DNA from: Malacoraja senta | Taxonomy: Eukaryota | Length of the DNA stretch: 64,000 nt | Assembly: GCA_038087875.1 (NCBI GenBank) | Contig: CM075996.1 | Span: 3,846,001-3,910,000 of the forward strand | Direction: 5' to 3' | Shown here: positions 35,315 through 49,564 of the stretch, piece by piece | How positions within the stretch are numbered: position 1 is the stretch's first letter | How the letters are laid out: the number at the start of each line of letters is the position of its first letter | The notes under the pieces: model-generated | What the model saw: only the letters and a program-made list of their open reading frames with translations | Databases searched by the model: none | What the model was told of the DNA's origin: nothing | Program-made: the position numbers and the translations under genes

Positions 35315-36749
35315 TGAGTCTGTGGAATTCTCTGCCTCAGAGTGCTGTGGAGGCAGGTTCTCTGGATGCTTTCAAGAGAGAGCTAGATAGGGCTCTTAAA
35401 GATAGCGGAGTCAGGGGATATGGGGAGAAGCCAGTGGTTGGGGATGATCAGCCAAGATCAAATTGAATGGTGCTGCTGGCTCGAAGGGCCAAATGGCCTA
35501 CTCCTGCACCTATTGTCTATTGTCTATTGAATACAAAACAGAATTTCACTGTACCAAGTACACGTGACAATATAGTAGCAATCGACACGAGTGTGTTAAA
35601 TGGCACACTCGTACCTGCTTGGCAGTATGTTCCAGGCACCTACCCACTCTGTAAAACACCTGCCCTGCATACATCCTCTAAACCTTCCCCCTGTCACCTT
35701 AAAGTTACAAATCTAAAGTATCTCATATTTTTGAGTAGGTTGAGCTGGCTGGGACTCTATTCCTTGGAGTGCAGGAGGATGAGGGGTTCACAAGTTATAG
35801 GAGTAGAATTAGGCCATTCGGCCCATCGCGTCTACTCCCCCATTCAAGCATGGCTGATCTCTGCCTCCTAATCCCATTTCCCTGCCTTCGCCCCATAACC
35901 CTTGACACCCGTTCTAATCAAGAATTTGTGTATCTCTGCCTTACAAATATCCACTTACTCGGGGTGATCTTATAGAGGTGCGTAAGATCATGAGCTGAAT
36001 AGATCGGGCAGATGCACAGAGTCTCTGGCCCAGAGTAGGTGAATCGAGGACCAGAGGACAGGGGTTTAAGGTGAAGGGGAAAAGATTGAATAGGAATCTA
36101 AGGGTGGTAGGTGTATGGAACGAGCTGCCAGAGGACGTCATTGAGGCTGGGACTATCCCAACATTTAAGAAACAGTTAGACAGGTACATGGATAGGACAG
36201 GTTTGGAGGGATATGGACCAAACGCAGGCAGGTGGGACTGGTGTAGCTGGGATATTTGGCTGGTGTGGGCAAGTTGAGCTGAAGGGCCTGTTCCCATGGT
36301 GTGTCACTCTATTTCTACCCTGGGATAAAGGTTCAGACTGTCCGCTGTGTTATCCTAGAACTCCCTTACTGGCACTGGGATCACGGAATCACATTTAACT
36401 CATGTAGTCTATGCTCATGTCAAAGATCACGGGTTTGAAGAAGGGTCCAGACCCGAAACGTCACCCATCCTATTTCTCCAGAGATGCTGCCCGACCCGCT
36501 GTGTTACTCCAGCACTTTGTGTCAATCTACGACGAATATCTAATCCCACCTTTCAGTTTGGAGGCAAAGATGGCTCAGCGGTAGTTTTTGTCGATCTTCA
36601 GTGTAAACCAGCACCTGCAGTTCCTTCATGCACAGCATGGAGCATGACATTGTTAAATACATATTTTTAAACTCCCAAGTTTTGACTGGTCCACAGAGAT
36701 AGCGCTATCCGAGAGGCATTTAAAATGTGTTTTTAATCTTATCGTATTG

Positions 36750-36990
36750 TGGGACTGCGCGGCACGTACATTCCCGCCCTGACTTCTTAAGAAACCGAGC
36801 GCTCAAAGCCGCGGAAATGCAAATTACAATATTGCACGTTTACATCCCGAACGGCTTCTGAAAACCCTCAAAGTACAGCTCGCAACAAAACCGCCCTGGG
36901 CCTTCCACGTTTCCTGTTGTCCACGTTACGGAAACCATCGCTTCAGTCCGCAAGCTGCCACAATTTCCAGAGCGTTTGTCTCGCCGCTGA
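36750..36990 (-). promoter_or_regulatory. Candidate promoter/non-coding first exon of the SOCS1-like gene
   Basis: Unique CpG-enriched island ~3 kb upstream of the coding-exon acceptor. Contains CCGCCC at 36774 and 36891, TTCTTAAGAA 36784-93, ATGCAAAT 36817-24 and a possible minus-strand donor GTACGT at 36769-64. Confidence 0.3.
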
Positions 36991-39900
36991 GTCCTTCTTC
37001 AGACTCAAATTATTAGTTAGCGGAGACTCATCATGCTTCTTTTTCTTCAGTTTAGAGATACAGCGCGGAAACAGGCCCTTCGGCCCACCGAGACCGCACC
37101 GACCAGCGATCCCCGCACACTAACACCAGCCCACACACACTAGGGATTATTTAGACCTACACCAAGCCAATTAACCGACAAACCTGTACGCATTTGGAGT
37201 GTGGAAGGAAACCGAACATCTCCCACGCAGTCACGGAGAGAACGTTCAAACTCCGTACAGACAGCACCCACAATAGACAATAGACAATAGACAATAGGTG
37301 CAGGAGTAGGCCATTTGGCCCTTCGAGCCAGCACCGCCATTCAATGTGATCATGGCTGATCATCCCCAATCAGTACCCCGTTCCTGCCTTCTACCCATAT
37401 CCCCTGACTCCGCTATTTGTAACAGCCCTATCTAGCTCTCTCTTGAAAGCATCCAGAGAACCTGCCTCCACCGCCCTCTGAGCAGAGAATTCCACAGACT
37501 CACCACTCTCTGTGAGAAAAAGTGTTTCTCGTCTCCGTTCTAAATGGCTTACTCCTTATTCTTAACTGTGGCCCCTGGTCCTGGACTCCCCCCAACATCG
37601 GGAACATGTTTCCTGCCTCTAGCGTGTTCCAAGCCCTTAACATCTTATATGTTTCAATGAGATGCCCTCTCATCCTTCTAAACTCCAGAGTGTACAAGCC
37701 CAGCTGCTCCATTCTCTCAGCATATGACAGTCCGCCACCCCGGGAATTAACCTGTAAACCTACGCTGCACTCCCTCAATAGCAAGAACGTCGGGATCGAA
37801 CCGTGGTCTCCGGCGCCGCTGCAAGCGCTGTAAGGCAGCGACTGTCCCACTGCTCCGCCGTGCCGCCCACCTTCACGGTATCAACACTGGCTCAGATCGC
37901 GCTGCTCTCTCTCTCACCCCTGGTTTAAGTCTCACCTCAGAAAGGGCTAAACACCTAAATCAACACAACATTTCATTGCATCACTCACTGAGCTGGCAGG
38001 AGATGTTTGGGTTGAGGTATTAAACTGACCTCACCTCTCTGGTGAATGTAAGCTCTGTTACACCTCTCCCAAACGGGATGGGAGTTGGCTTAGTGCCCTC
38101 GTGCGAGATTTATTCCATAATAGTTACCTAAAAGAAATCATCTGGTACTTACTTGATTTCACAGCTGCTTGGACAAGTTTGCAGAGCACAAATTATCTGC
38201 CACATGATATTGTACATAACATTTAAAATTACTTAAATGACTGTAAAGCACTTTGGAGTTATCGGAAATCATCAAAGCCATGATATGTTCATAGGTTATA
38301 GGAGCAGAATTAGGCCATTCGGCCCATCATGTCTACTCCGTCATTCTAACTTTCTTTCTCAACCCCATTTTTTTCCCTGCCTTCTCCCCATAACCCCTGA
38401 CACCCGTACTAACCAAAAATCTATCTATCTCTGCCTTAAAACTATCCACTGACTTGGCCTCCACACATTTCTATGGCAATGAATTCCACAGATTCACCAC
38501 CCTCTGATTAAAGAAATTCCTCCTCATCTCCTTTCTAAAGGAACGTCCTTTTATTCTGAGGCTGTGACCACTGGTCCAAGACTCTCCCACAAGTGGAAAC
38601 ATCCTCCCCACATCAACTCTATCCAGGCCTTTCACTATCCAGGTTAAGCTTCAATGAGGGTACACAAAATGCTGGAGAAACTCAGCGGGTGCAGCAGCAT
38701 CTATGGAGCTTCAATGAGGTACCCCTTCATCCTTTGTAAAGGTTCAATGAATATTTTATTGTTACGTGCACCAATTAAGGAAACAGTGACACTCGATTTC
38801 CACTGTACCTTATATAAGTACAAATTAAAACACATGTGTCTGAATAATTCCGACCCTAAGCATTGTCAGTCCATTTCCCTCCACCGATGCTGCCTAACCC
38901 AATGAGTTCTTCTCGCGCTTTGTTTTCTGCAGATAGATATATATATATAAAAGTCTATTTCTTTTAAAAGAGTTCCTCTTGAAACCACATCCTACTCCAT
39001 TGTAAAGCTGGCATTTCTCACACTAACTATTTCTTTTCGACCGATTTGAACAGGTGTTTGCAAGTCAGTTTGGACAAACAGGGACAATATTTGCCCTGTA
39101 CTCATCCAACTGAAACTTGTTTGTACAATACAAGTTTGTAAACTTAAATGTCAGAGCGGAGGAGGCAACATTCAAGTGTCGAGAGTGTTTTATTGCCACA
39201 TGTCCCAGATAGAACAATGAAATTCTTACTTGCAGCAGCACAACGGAACAGGTTCATGAGCAGCTTTGCTAAAACCACACAAATAATCCAAATAACTGCA
39301 AATATTCAAGTCCCAGACGGGAAAGTTTAGTTTAGTTTAGTCCAGAGCTACAGCGCGGAAACAGGCCCTTTGGCCCACATCGACCAGCGATCCGACACAC
39401 ATTAACGCCATCCAACACACACTGGGGACAATTTACAATCCTACCAAGCCAATTAACCTCCAAACCTGTACGTCTTTGGAGCGTGGGAGGAAACCGGCTC
39501 ATCTCGGAGACGACCCGCGCAGGTCATGGGGAGAACGTATAAACTCTGTACAGACAAAGGTTCAAAGGTCTGTTTATTGTCACGTGTACCAATTAAGGTA
39601 CAGTGAAACTCAAATTACCATACTGCCATACTTTTTTTTAAAAAGCAACAAGACACACAGCCACATAAAAGTTAACACAAAGTCTAATCTTCTTCCTCTT
39701 CCTCTTCATTCTCCGCGATCGGGGCAGTCGAACCATCCGCAGTCGGGGCGATTGAAGCTCCCGCAGCCAGTGATCGAAGCTCTCGCGTCGGTGCGGTCGA
39801 AACTCCCACGTCGGGGCGGTCGAATCTCCTGCGGCTTGGCGCTCCCGAAGTCGGTCTCTAACCAGGGACCGCGAGCTCCACGATGTTATAGTTCGCAGCC

Positions 39901-42900
39901 TCCCGCGGTTGGAGCTCCGAGGTCGACCCCCGACAGCGATCGCCAGCTCCACGATGTTAAGTCCTGCAGGCTCCCGCGGTTGGAGCTCCCGAAGTCGGTC
40001 TCCAGCAAGAGGCCGCGGTGCGGACAGAGATACGATACGGGAAAAAATCGCATCACCGTCGAGGTAAGAGATTAAAATGTCTCCCCCAACCCCCCCCCCC
40101 CCCCCCACCCCCCACATAAAACAAGCTAAAGAACACTAAAAACATACATTTAACACATATTATTAAACAACAAAGAAGGAAGGGGCAGACAGGCTGTTGG
40201 CGAGGCGGCAATTGCGGACAAGATGGCAATCGAATCTCTGGCGCTGTGAGGCAGCAACTCTACCGCTGCGCCACCATGCTCATCCACTGCGGTTGTCCTC
40301 TATAATTTTTTCCTGATGACACACTAAACTGTGGGCCCCTTTGTATCTTCATCGTTGAATGTAAAAACGTCTGGAACTTTTCAAAGACTACCATCCCTCT
40401 TAACTAATTCAACAAGATGCGAAATACGTTGGATTCACTGGGGGTGGTCTCGGAGGGGAGGATGCTCCTCAAACTGCGGAGCATCCTGGACAATACAGCT
40501 CACCCCCTCCATGACGCACTGGTCAACCTGAGGAGCACCTTCAGCAACAGACTGGTTCCACCAAGATGCAGCACAGAACGCCACACCAGTGAGCCCACGA
40601 CCGTTTGGTTTTGTGATATAGGTGAGGAAATACAAACGGAAAGACTGAAAAAACAATGCTTTATTGACTAAAGATCGTCTAGATAGCTAAAATTAACCAA
40701 TTTCACCAAATGCTAATAAAAAAGTGTTCCCATGCTGAACTAAAAATAAAATCTTAAGAAGTTCAAACCCAATCTATAACATATTAAACATATCTTGTTT
40801 GCACGCTCCATCTGCCAGTAGTTTACTTTGGGTTGTTACGTTAATAGGCCAACATTTCTCCACAGTAAATTACTTCCATCTATCTGTAATTTAATTTATC
40901 AATGTGGGAACAGAAGGCCATTCAGTTTTGGCTTCAGAAGGCCTGTAGTTTAGTTTACATAGATACATAGAAAATAGGTGCAGGAGTAGGCCATTCGGCC
41001 CTTCGAGCCTGCACCGCCATTCAATATGATCATGGCTGATCATCCAACTCAGTATCCCGTACCTGCCTTCTCTCCATACCCCCTGATCCCTTTAGCCACA
41101 AGGGCCACATCTAACTCCCTCTTAAATATAGCCAATGAACTGGCGTCAACTACCCTCTGTGGCAGAGAGTTCCAGAGATTCACCACTCTCTGTGTGAAAA
41201 AGTTTTTCCTCATCTCGGTCTTAAAGGATTTCCCCCTTATCCTTAAGCTGTGACCCCTTGTCCTGGACTTCCCCAACATCGGGAACAATCTTCCTGCATC
41301 TAGCCTGTCCAACCCCATAAGAATTTTGTACGTTTCTATAAGATCCCCTCTCAATCTCCTAAATTCTAGCGAGTATAAGCCAATGAGTATTAGATGTACA
41401 GCGCGGAAACAAGCCCTTTGGCCCACCGAGTCTGCGCCGACCAGCGATCCCTGCACACTAACACTATCCTACACAAACTAGGGACAATTTTACATTTATA
41501 CCAAACCAATTAAACTACAAACCTGTACGTCATTGGCGTGCGGGGGAAAACGGAAGATCTTTTAGAAACCCCACACGGTCACAAGGGGGAACGTGCAGAC
41601 TCCATACAGACAACAGCTGTAGTCAGGATCGAACCCGGCAGAGACCCGGGTTCGTTGCTGGCTATGGGTGCAGTCTGTACGGAGTTTGTACGTTCGTCCC
41701 GTGTGGGATTTCACTGGGTGCTCTGGTTTCCTCCCACGCTCCAGTGCTTTGTGACAACTTCAACCATTGGTTAGCGAAATCAATATTCATGCTGTGTAGG
41801 AAGGAACTGCAGATGCTGGTTTAAACCGAAGATAGACACAAAAGGCTGGAGTAACTCAGCGGGACAGGCAGCATCTCTGGAGAAAAGGAATGGGTGAGGT
41901 TTATGTACTAATTCTAAACAAGATAGCGATTTTCGGCAAACCTACTCACCTCTTATGCACAAGATGCAGGAGTAACTCAGCGGGACAGGCAGCATCGCTG
42001 GAGAAAATGAATAGGTGACGTTTCGGGTCACACTAGTGTCTGAAGAACGGTTCCAGTCCGAAACGTCACCTATTCTTTTATCTTTGGATATTTTTAAGGC
42101 AGAGACAGATAGATTCTTGATTAGTACGGTGTCAGGCGTTATGGGGAGAAGGCAGGAGAATGGGGTTGGGAGGGAGGGAGAGATAGATCAGCCATGATTG
42201 AATGGCGGAGTAGACTCGATGGGCCGAATGGCTAATTCTGCTCCTATCACCATGACCTTGTGACCTCTGTGACGAAGTCTCCGCTTGGTGCTCTGATTTG
42301 CCTGCACAACCCTAAAGATGCATTGGGATGTCAACTGGTCACTGTACATTACTCCTTAACCTGGGTAAGTGGAGAAAGAATGGAAGGGGAATGTCGACGG
42401 GCCCGTGGGGAAGCATACATTGCAGGAGCTTAGGGGGAAATGGAGCGATGGAATTGTGTGGCTGAGAGATGAAGCATTCACTAAATGGCCTTCCGTGGTG
42501 CAATAAGGAATAAGCAATGACGGAGTAGATTTGATGGGCCGAGTGGCTTAATTCTGCTATCTCTATCAATCTATCTATCTCTGCCTTAAAAATATCCATT
42601 GAATTTGCCTCCACAGCTTTCTGTGGCAAAGAATTCCACAGATTCCCCACCCTCTGACTAAAGAAATTCCTCCTCATCTTCCTAAAGGAACGTCCTTTAA
42701 TTCTGAGTCTGTGACCTCTGGTCCTAGACTCTCCCACTAGAGGAAACTTCCTCTCCACATCCACTCAATCCAGGCCAATACACTGTACTGAACTCCAGCA
42801 ACGTAACACAGATCATGGATTTCGAGTTTGCTGATCTCGAGCGGAAGTATTAAAAGCTAAATTCACACAACACATGCTGACAATGGAAGGCAATACCCCG

Positions 42901-43612
42901 AGGAAGTGTCTGAGCTACAGTTCGAATCTGATCCCTGGACAAGCTCTTTTTCAACTCAGAAGACAGACACAAAACAGCTGGAGTATGTGTAGGAAGGAAC
43001 TGCAGTGGCTGGTTTAAACCGAAGATAGGTACAAAATGCTGGAGTAACTCAGCGGATCAGGCAGCATCTCTGGAGAAAAGGAATAGGTGACGTTTTGGGT
43101 CGAGACCTCTATTCTTTCCCCATAAATATGCAATTACTTTCTCCTTCAATTATTTATCAAAGTTTATCCATCCAGGCAGAGTCTGCCAAATCTCAAAACA
43201 TGTTGGTGAAAAGGACATAAATCTATGGATAGACGACATTTCGGACGGATGGGTCTAATGAAAGATCCCGACCCGAAACATCGCCTGTCCATTCCCTCCA
43301 ACGATGCTGCCCGAGGAAGGGTCTCGACCCAAAACGTCACCCACTCCTTTCCTCCAGAGATGCTGCCTGACCCACTGAGTCACACCAGCCTTTTGTGTCT
43401 ATCTTCGGTGCAGACCAGCATCTGCAGTGCCTTCCTACACACACTCCTTCAACTCAGCTCCCTGGTGTGGAGCTGTCAATCTAATATCTGTATCGCTCGT
43501 GACTAGAGTTCTTCAGATGAGTCAGAAGATTGTGGGCGAAAATCCCACCCCACATTTACAAATCTGGACGGAGGCTCCAGTGCAGTATTGAAAGATCGCT
43601 ACTCCTGGAGAT

Positions 43613-43761
43613 CTTCTCCGTGGGTTGTCACCTTGTCGTGGCGGAGAAGCTCGTGTGTGGTCCTGAGATCCTGAGAGCGATGCCGTCTGGAGCTGTGCTC
43701 CTGGTAGGGCCACCCATGGCGGTAAGGTCGAGGGGGAGGTCTCTGACAAAGAGTCAATCCA
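43613..43761 (+). ncRNA. Putative HDV-like self-cleaving ribozyme
   Basis: P1 CTTCTCC(43613-19)/GGAGAAG(43643-49); P2 TGGGTTG(43621-27)/CAATCCA(43755-61); P3 ACC/GGC around L3 TTGTCGT; long P4 region; J4/2 GA-C(43747)-AAA. Confidence 0.6.
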
Positions 43762-44014
43762 ACCGAGACCTCGACGGTGGAACATGCGGAGGACGATGGC
43801 TGACCTTAGTGGAGCGTCACAACGGCTGGGAAGGCGGATGAAGGCCGTAGCAGAAAAGGGTCCTCGGTCGTCTTGGACTCCACGCCCACTGGATCCTGAC
43901 CCAGATCTGTCAAGGACTGTCTGTGCACCAGTCTCCCCTCGTTAAACAAAGTCACGCACTGGCGTCCTCCATGAGAGGACAGTCATACTCGTTTCGAGTG
44001 ACCTCCGAAGATTT
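43613..44014 (+). mobile_element. RTE/BovB-related short non-autonomous retroelement with 5' HDV-like ribozyme fold
   Basis: TSD CTGGAGAT at 43605-43612 and 44015-44022. The 5' part (CCTTGTCGTGGC..TAGGGCCACCCA..GGTC..CTGACAAA..TCCA) resembles, from memory, the 5' region of BovB/Sauria-SINE/Rex3-type RTE elements. Confidence 0.75.
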
Positions 44015-47000
44015 CTGGAGATACTGCCGTTGAATAAAAACTGAGCTTTTGCTTGTTCTCTGAGTGGCATAAAGGACGGCAGGGTAGTTAGTTACCACTG
44101 TTTGTTTGCCTTCATTAATATTTATATCTCAATCAATGAAACCCTCACACATTGCTGTTTGTGGGAGTCTACTGACAGAAACTGACTTGTGTTTCTTGAA
44201 TTAACATAAGGTTAACACTTGAAGTACTTCAACTGTATAATAATGAGAACTCTCGAGACTTTCAAAAGATAATTTATCTTATAATCTAAAGTCTTTTCTA
44301 TTCTTGGATATTTTTTAAATTATTACATTTTTCTGGGATGCGCGCATTAGCGGCCAAAGCAATAATTAGCGCTGTCGCTAAATTTTCTCGCTGATCCGAC
44401 ACAGGAGGGTCTTTAATAGAAGATTATTAAAGATCCTCCTACGTGCTGTGTAGGAAGGAACTGCAGATGCTGGTTTACACTGAAGTTGGACACAAAATGC
44501 TGGAGTAACTCAGCGGGTCAGGCAGCATCTCTGGAGAAAGCGAATAGGTGACGTTTTGGGTCAAACCCCTTCTAAGTTCATGTTCATAAGTGACAGGAGC
44601 AGAATTAGGCCATTCGGCCCATCAAGTCTACTCTCCCATTCAATCATGGCTGATCTAACTCTCCCCCTCAACCCCATTCTCCTGCCTTCTCCCCACAATG
44701 ACACCCGTACTAATCAAGAATCTATCTATCTCTGCCTTAAAAATATCCATTGACGGCCTCCACAGCCTTCAGCGGCAAAGAATTGGTGCTTGGGTTTCTC
44801 CCACTCCAAAGACTTACAGGTTTGTAGTTTAAATGGCTTTGGTAAAAATTGTCAATTGTCCCTAGTGTATAGGATAGTGCTAATGTGTGAGATGATAGCT
44901 GGTCGGCACACACTCGGTGGGCCGAAGGGCCTGTTTCCGTGCTGTATCTCTAAACTAAACTAAGCAATCAACTGCTCTTAGATATGAAGATAGGACATCA
45001 ACCTCAAGCGTTAACTGTTCGCTCCACAGATACATCCGAACACCAGACCGCTCCATCCACGACCACAAGCAAGCAGATTGTGGACGCAGCCCAGACCGTC
45101 ACACAAACCGACCTCCCTTCCACTCTGGCGCTGTCATTGCTGTAAGGCAGCAACTCTACCGCTGCGCCACCAAGCTGCACCAGCGCTTCTATTTTACTTT
45201 TTGACGTATGACATTCACAAACCTAACACCAACACTTTAATCGGCCAGTGAAATGAAGCCATTAATGGAGAGCAGCTGTTTGCTCGCACTTAAATCAACC
45301 CCGTTGACCTCAAAGGAAGAGAGCAAGTGGTGCTGCCAACAAGCTCAGAACAACAGAAGAAAACCATGCGTTTTATAGGGAAAAAAGTTAAACCATTCTT
45401 AAGTTTTAGATTAAAGATATTGCTGGGCCAACACACTAAAGTACGTCATGCAAAACAATAAAGATGCTGGAACTCTGAAAGGAGGCAAAATAAGCCGGAA
45501 ACATTTAGCATTTGCAGAGAGCAAAACACTAGTGAATGCTTCAGGTCAATGCTTGCAGTAGGGTTAGAGGATGGCATCTTTCCCCAAAGGAAATTAATAT
45601 TCAATCCGGGACAAGCGTTTAAAAATAGTAATGAAGAAAATAATGGCATTGAAAGATGGCAAAGCCCTTGGACCAGATCTTTATATCAATTTTAAAGGAA
45701 GTACAATTAAAAAAAACCACTGCAGATAGTCTAACTATAATTTTACAAAGTCCTCTTGTTTCAGAAGCCATTTCTTTAGATTGAAATTGAACCAAAAGAC
45801 TGCAGATGGTGCGAATTTAAAAGGAAAGCTTACAGTGTTGAGAATCATCTGCAGAGATAGGAACAAAGCCAGTGGTTTAAGTCAATGACTCCTCATCAGA
45901 ACTGCTTGATGATGGGACATTGACCTGAGACTTTAACTTGTGGACTTGCAGGTTAATTGGCCTCTGCCAATTGTCCAGATAGTGTGGGTTAGAACTAGTG
46001 CATGGGGTAATTGTTTGTTCAGCACGGACTCAGTGGGCCGAAGGGCCTGCTTTCACCTTGTATCTCCAAAACTAAAATAACTGTTTCTCTCTCCACAGAT
46101 GCTGGCTGACCCGCTGGAGTGTTTCATGAAGTTACTGTTTACTTTCAGAGTGGAGGTTTCTTTAACTTGCGGTAGGGCTGCTGCCTCACAGCGCCAGAGA
46201 CCCAGGTTTGATCCTGACCTCGGGTGCTGCCTGCGCAGAGTTTGCACGCTCTCCCTGTGACCTGCGTGGGTTTCCTCCGGGCGCTCCAGTTTCCTCCCAC
46301 GTTCCAAAGACGTGCAGGTTTGTCGGTTAATTGACTTGAGAATACATTGTAAATTGTCCCCGGTGTGTAGGATAGTGCCAGTGTACATGGCGATCGCTGG
46401 TCAGCGCGGACTCGGTGGGCCGAGGGGGCTTGTTGCCACGTTGTACCTCTGAATGTAAAGATCAGGTCTGAAGAACAGTCCCAACTTGAAATATCACCGA
46501 CCCTTGTCCTCTGGTATGCTGCCTGACCCGCTGAGTTATTCCAGCATTTTCGTGTCTTTCCTTGGTAAATTGTCCCTAGTGTGTAGGATGGAGGCAGTGT
46601 ACGGGTGATCAATGGTCGGTGTTGACTCGATGGGCCGAAGGGCCTGTATCCACGCTGTATCTCTAAGCTAAACTAAACTAAACTCTCCACATCTGAATCC
46701 TTGGCATTCCGGCATTCCATCGCAAGGCCGAAGATGCAGAACACAAAGTATTTTAAACAAGGTCGAAGCTCGGACAGTTTAGTGGGACTTGCTATCCTGA
46801 CTCCCATATGGTGTATGATTTGTTTGGGCGGTGGGGGGGGGAGGGGGGGGGGCATGTGATTATGGCACTGTATGTCAGCAAGAGATTAAATAATACCTAA
46901 GGTTGTCAGAGACGGAGGATTTGTTGTTTACCAGTATATTGCATACGCACTGCGTAATCGACTCACAGACATGCATAGAAATAGTCTAGAACAGCAGAGT

Positions 47001-49293
47001 GGTGCAGCGGTAGAGTTGCTGCCTCCCAGTGCCAGAGTCCCGAGTTTGATCCTGACTGCGGGTTCTGTCTGTATGGAGTTTGTACGTTCTTCCCGTGACC
47101 TGCGTGGGCTTTTACCTCCCACTCTCCAAAGGCGTGCAGGTCTGTGGGCTAATTGGCTTGGAATAATTGTAAATTGTCCCGAGAGTTTGTGGGATAGTTT
47201 TAGTGTGCGAGGATCGGACTCGGTGGGCCGAAGGGCCTGTTTCTGCGCTGTATCTCTAATCTGACAATGTGGGAAAGGTGCGGTACAATCTCCAGCAACA
47301 GGTGTTACAAAGCACCTGGATAAAATAGTCCACACTCAATCAATCAATCCATTTTTATTTATACGGCACATTTAAAATCAACTCACGTTGAACCAAAGTG
47401 CTGTACACAGAATAATTTGGGTTGCCATACAGCCACACAAATAAAATGTAAAGCACAACACACTATAGAATTTAAAATGAACGTCCCCCCCCCCCCCCAT
47501 AGCGGAATCAACGTTTCCCACTGTGGGGGAAGGCAGTAAAAGTTCAGTCATCTTCCTCTGTGTTCACCCGTGGTCGGGGCATATTTGAGGCCTCCGCAGT
47601 TGCCGCAGCGGAGGCCCGATGTTTCAGGCCCTCTCGCCGGATGATGGAACTCCGGCGTCGGAAGAACACTCTCAGCGACTTGGAGTTTCCGAATCGGCTG
47701 CTTCCTACCGGAGACCGCGGCTCCCGGAGTCCACAGGCTGAGCTGGGCGGAGATTCACACTGGCGACCTCGGCGAAAGATCCCAGGCCTCCGCGATGTTA
47801 AAGTCAGCGGAATGTCCGCAGCCACAGCTCCGCGATGTTGGAGTCGGCGGTCTCAGCTTACCACACGCCGATCCTCGGTAAGGCACCGCCTGCTCCGCGA
47901 TGGTACTTCAGCGCTGCGCTGCCACCGCCGAAGCTTCTGGCAGGAAAGGCCGCGCCAATCCAGTTGGTAGGCCGCCAATAGATTATATTTAGGTCATTTC
48001 ACTATTTTTAACGTCACACAATCATGAAAACTGATGCCACTATCTCTCTTGCAAATTTCACATGGTTAATTCATCTTGGGATTCACACCTCCAGACAATT
48101 CTGAGCCAATCCTGCCGTGCATTTCCTCACCAAAGGATAGGGTTTCTTTGCGTTAATCCTTGCGACTCCATTCAACACTTCAGACAGATCACGTTTCAGT
48201 CTTCTGTCCAAGGCATTTTTGTGCAATCTTATATCGTGATTTGTGCAGGGAGCAACACGCTGGTGTAAACCGAAGATAGACACAAAATGCTGGAGTAGCT
48301 CGGCGGATCAGGCAGCACCTCTGGAGAGAAGCAACGGGTGACGTTTCACAACTTTTTCTCCCAGAGAGTTGTGAATCTGTGGAATTCCCTGCTACTGGAG
48401 GCAGTGGAGGCCAATTCACTGGATGTATTCAAGGAGAGTTGGATAGAGCTCTTAGGGCTAATGGGATCAAGGGATATGGGGAGAAAGCAGGAACGGGGTA
48501 CTGATTCTGGATGATCAGCCATGATCACATTGAATGGCGGTGCAGGCTCAAAGGGCCTACTCCTGCACCCATTTTCTATGTTTCTATGAAACGTCATCCA
48601 TTCCTTTTCTCCGGAGATGTTACATCACGTTTTCATCTTTAAAGGTCCTGTAATGTTTCAGGTGGTGACACTTCCATAATCATCGTTCTGTGATCAATTC
48701 TGGTGGGTCGGGCTATAGGGTGAATCAATACTTGGATCCGGTTTCCTCCCACACTCCAAAGACGTACAGGTTTGTGGGCAAATTGGCTTCGGTAAAATTG
48801 TAAATCGCCCCTAGTGTGTGTGTGAGATCGTGTTAGTGTGAGGGGATCGCTGGTCAGCGCGGACTTGTTGGGCCGGTGGGCCGAAGTCCATGCTGTTTCT
48901 CTAAACTAAATAATCATCTGATTAAACCAGATGGACTACATGTGCTCAAATTGTGCATTCCTTCTCCCAGAGATGCTCCAGCGTTGCTCCAGCATTTTGT
49001 GTCAACATATGCCCAAATTATGCAATCCGCAGAGACCAAAGAACCGACACTCATTGTATGGTATGTGAAGACATTAACAGTGTTGTGGCATAAATCCAGA
49101 TCTCAGCTCAAGTCACAAGAAATATTCAAATCCTATTCATGGTCTTCTGCACATATTGTAGCAAGTTTTCTCTGAGTACCATTTGTTCCTGTAAAGTTAT
49201 TGTGGAAACAAAGTTTGCTTGCATGCAAGAAAAGACACAAAGTGTCTTTCAGTCTGCTCTCAGTTCGAAGAAGAGTCCCGACCCGAAACGTTA

Positions 49294-49414
49294 AACCCCT
49301 GTCCCACGGTACGAGTTCATTCCAAGAGCTCTCCCGAGTTTGCCCTGAATCGAACTCGGAGATTTACGGTAATGGCCACTCGTCGGTACTCGGGGCTCTC
49401 GTGGACATTTTTCA
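49294..49414. mobile_element. Left-end fragment of the same MITE family as 62173-62489
   Basis: Near-identical to 62173-62297. Confidence 0.8.
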
Positions 49415-49564
49415 AGTGAATGATACCGTGTAACAAACCAATACAAAGTGCCGCACTTAGTTTGGCGCGATGGAGCACTTCGACCACTTTCGGTCCAACC
49501 CTCTACCGGTTTCCAACTTTGTCGACACAGGGGATTGCAGATGCTGGTTTACCAAAAGAGACAA

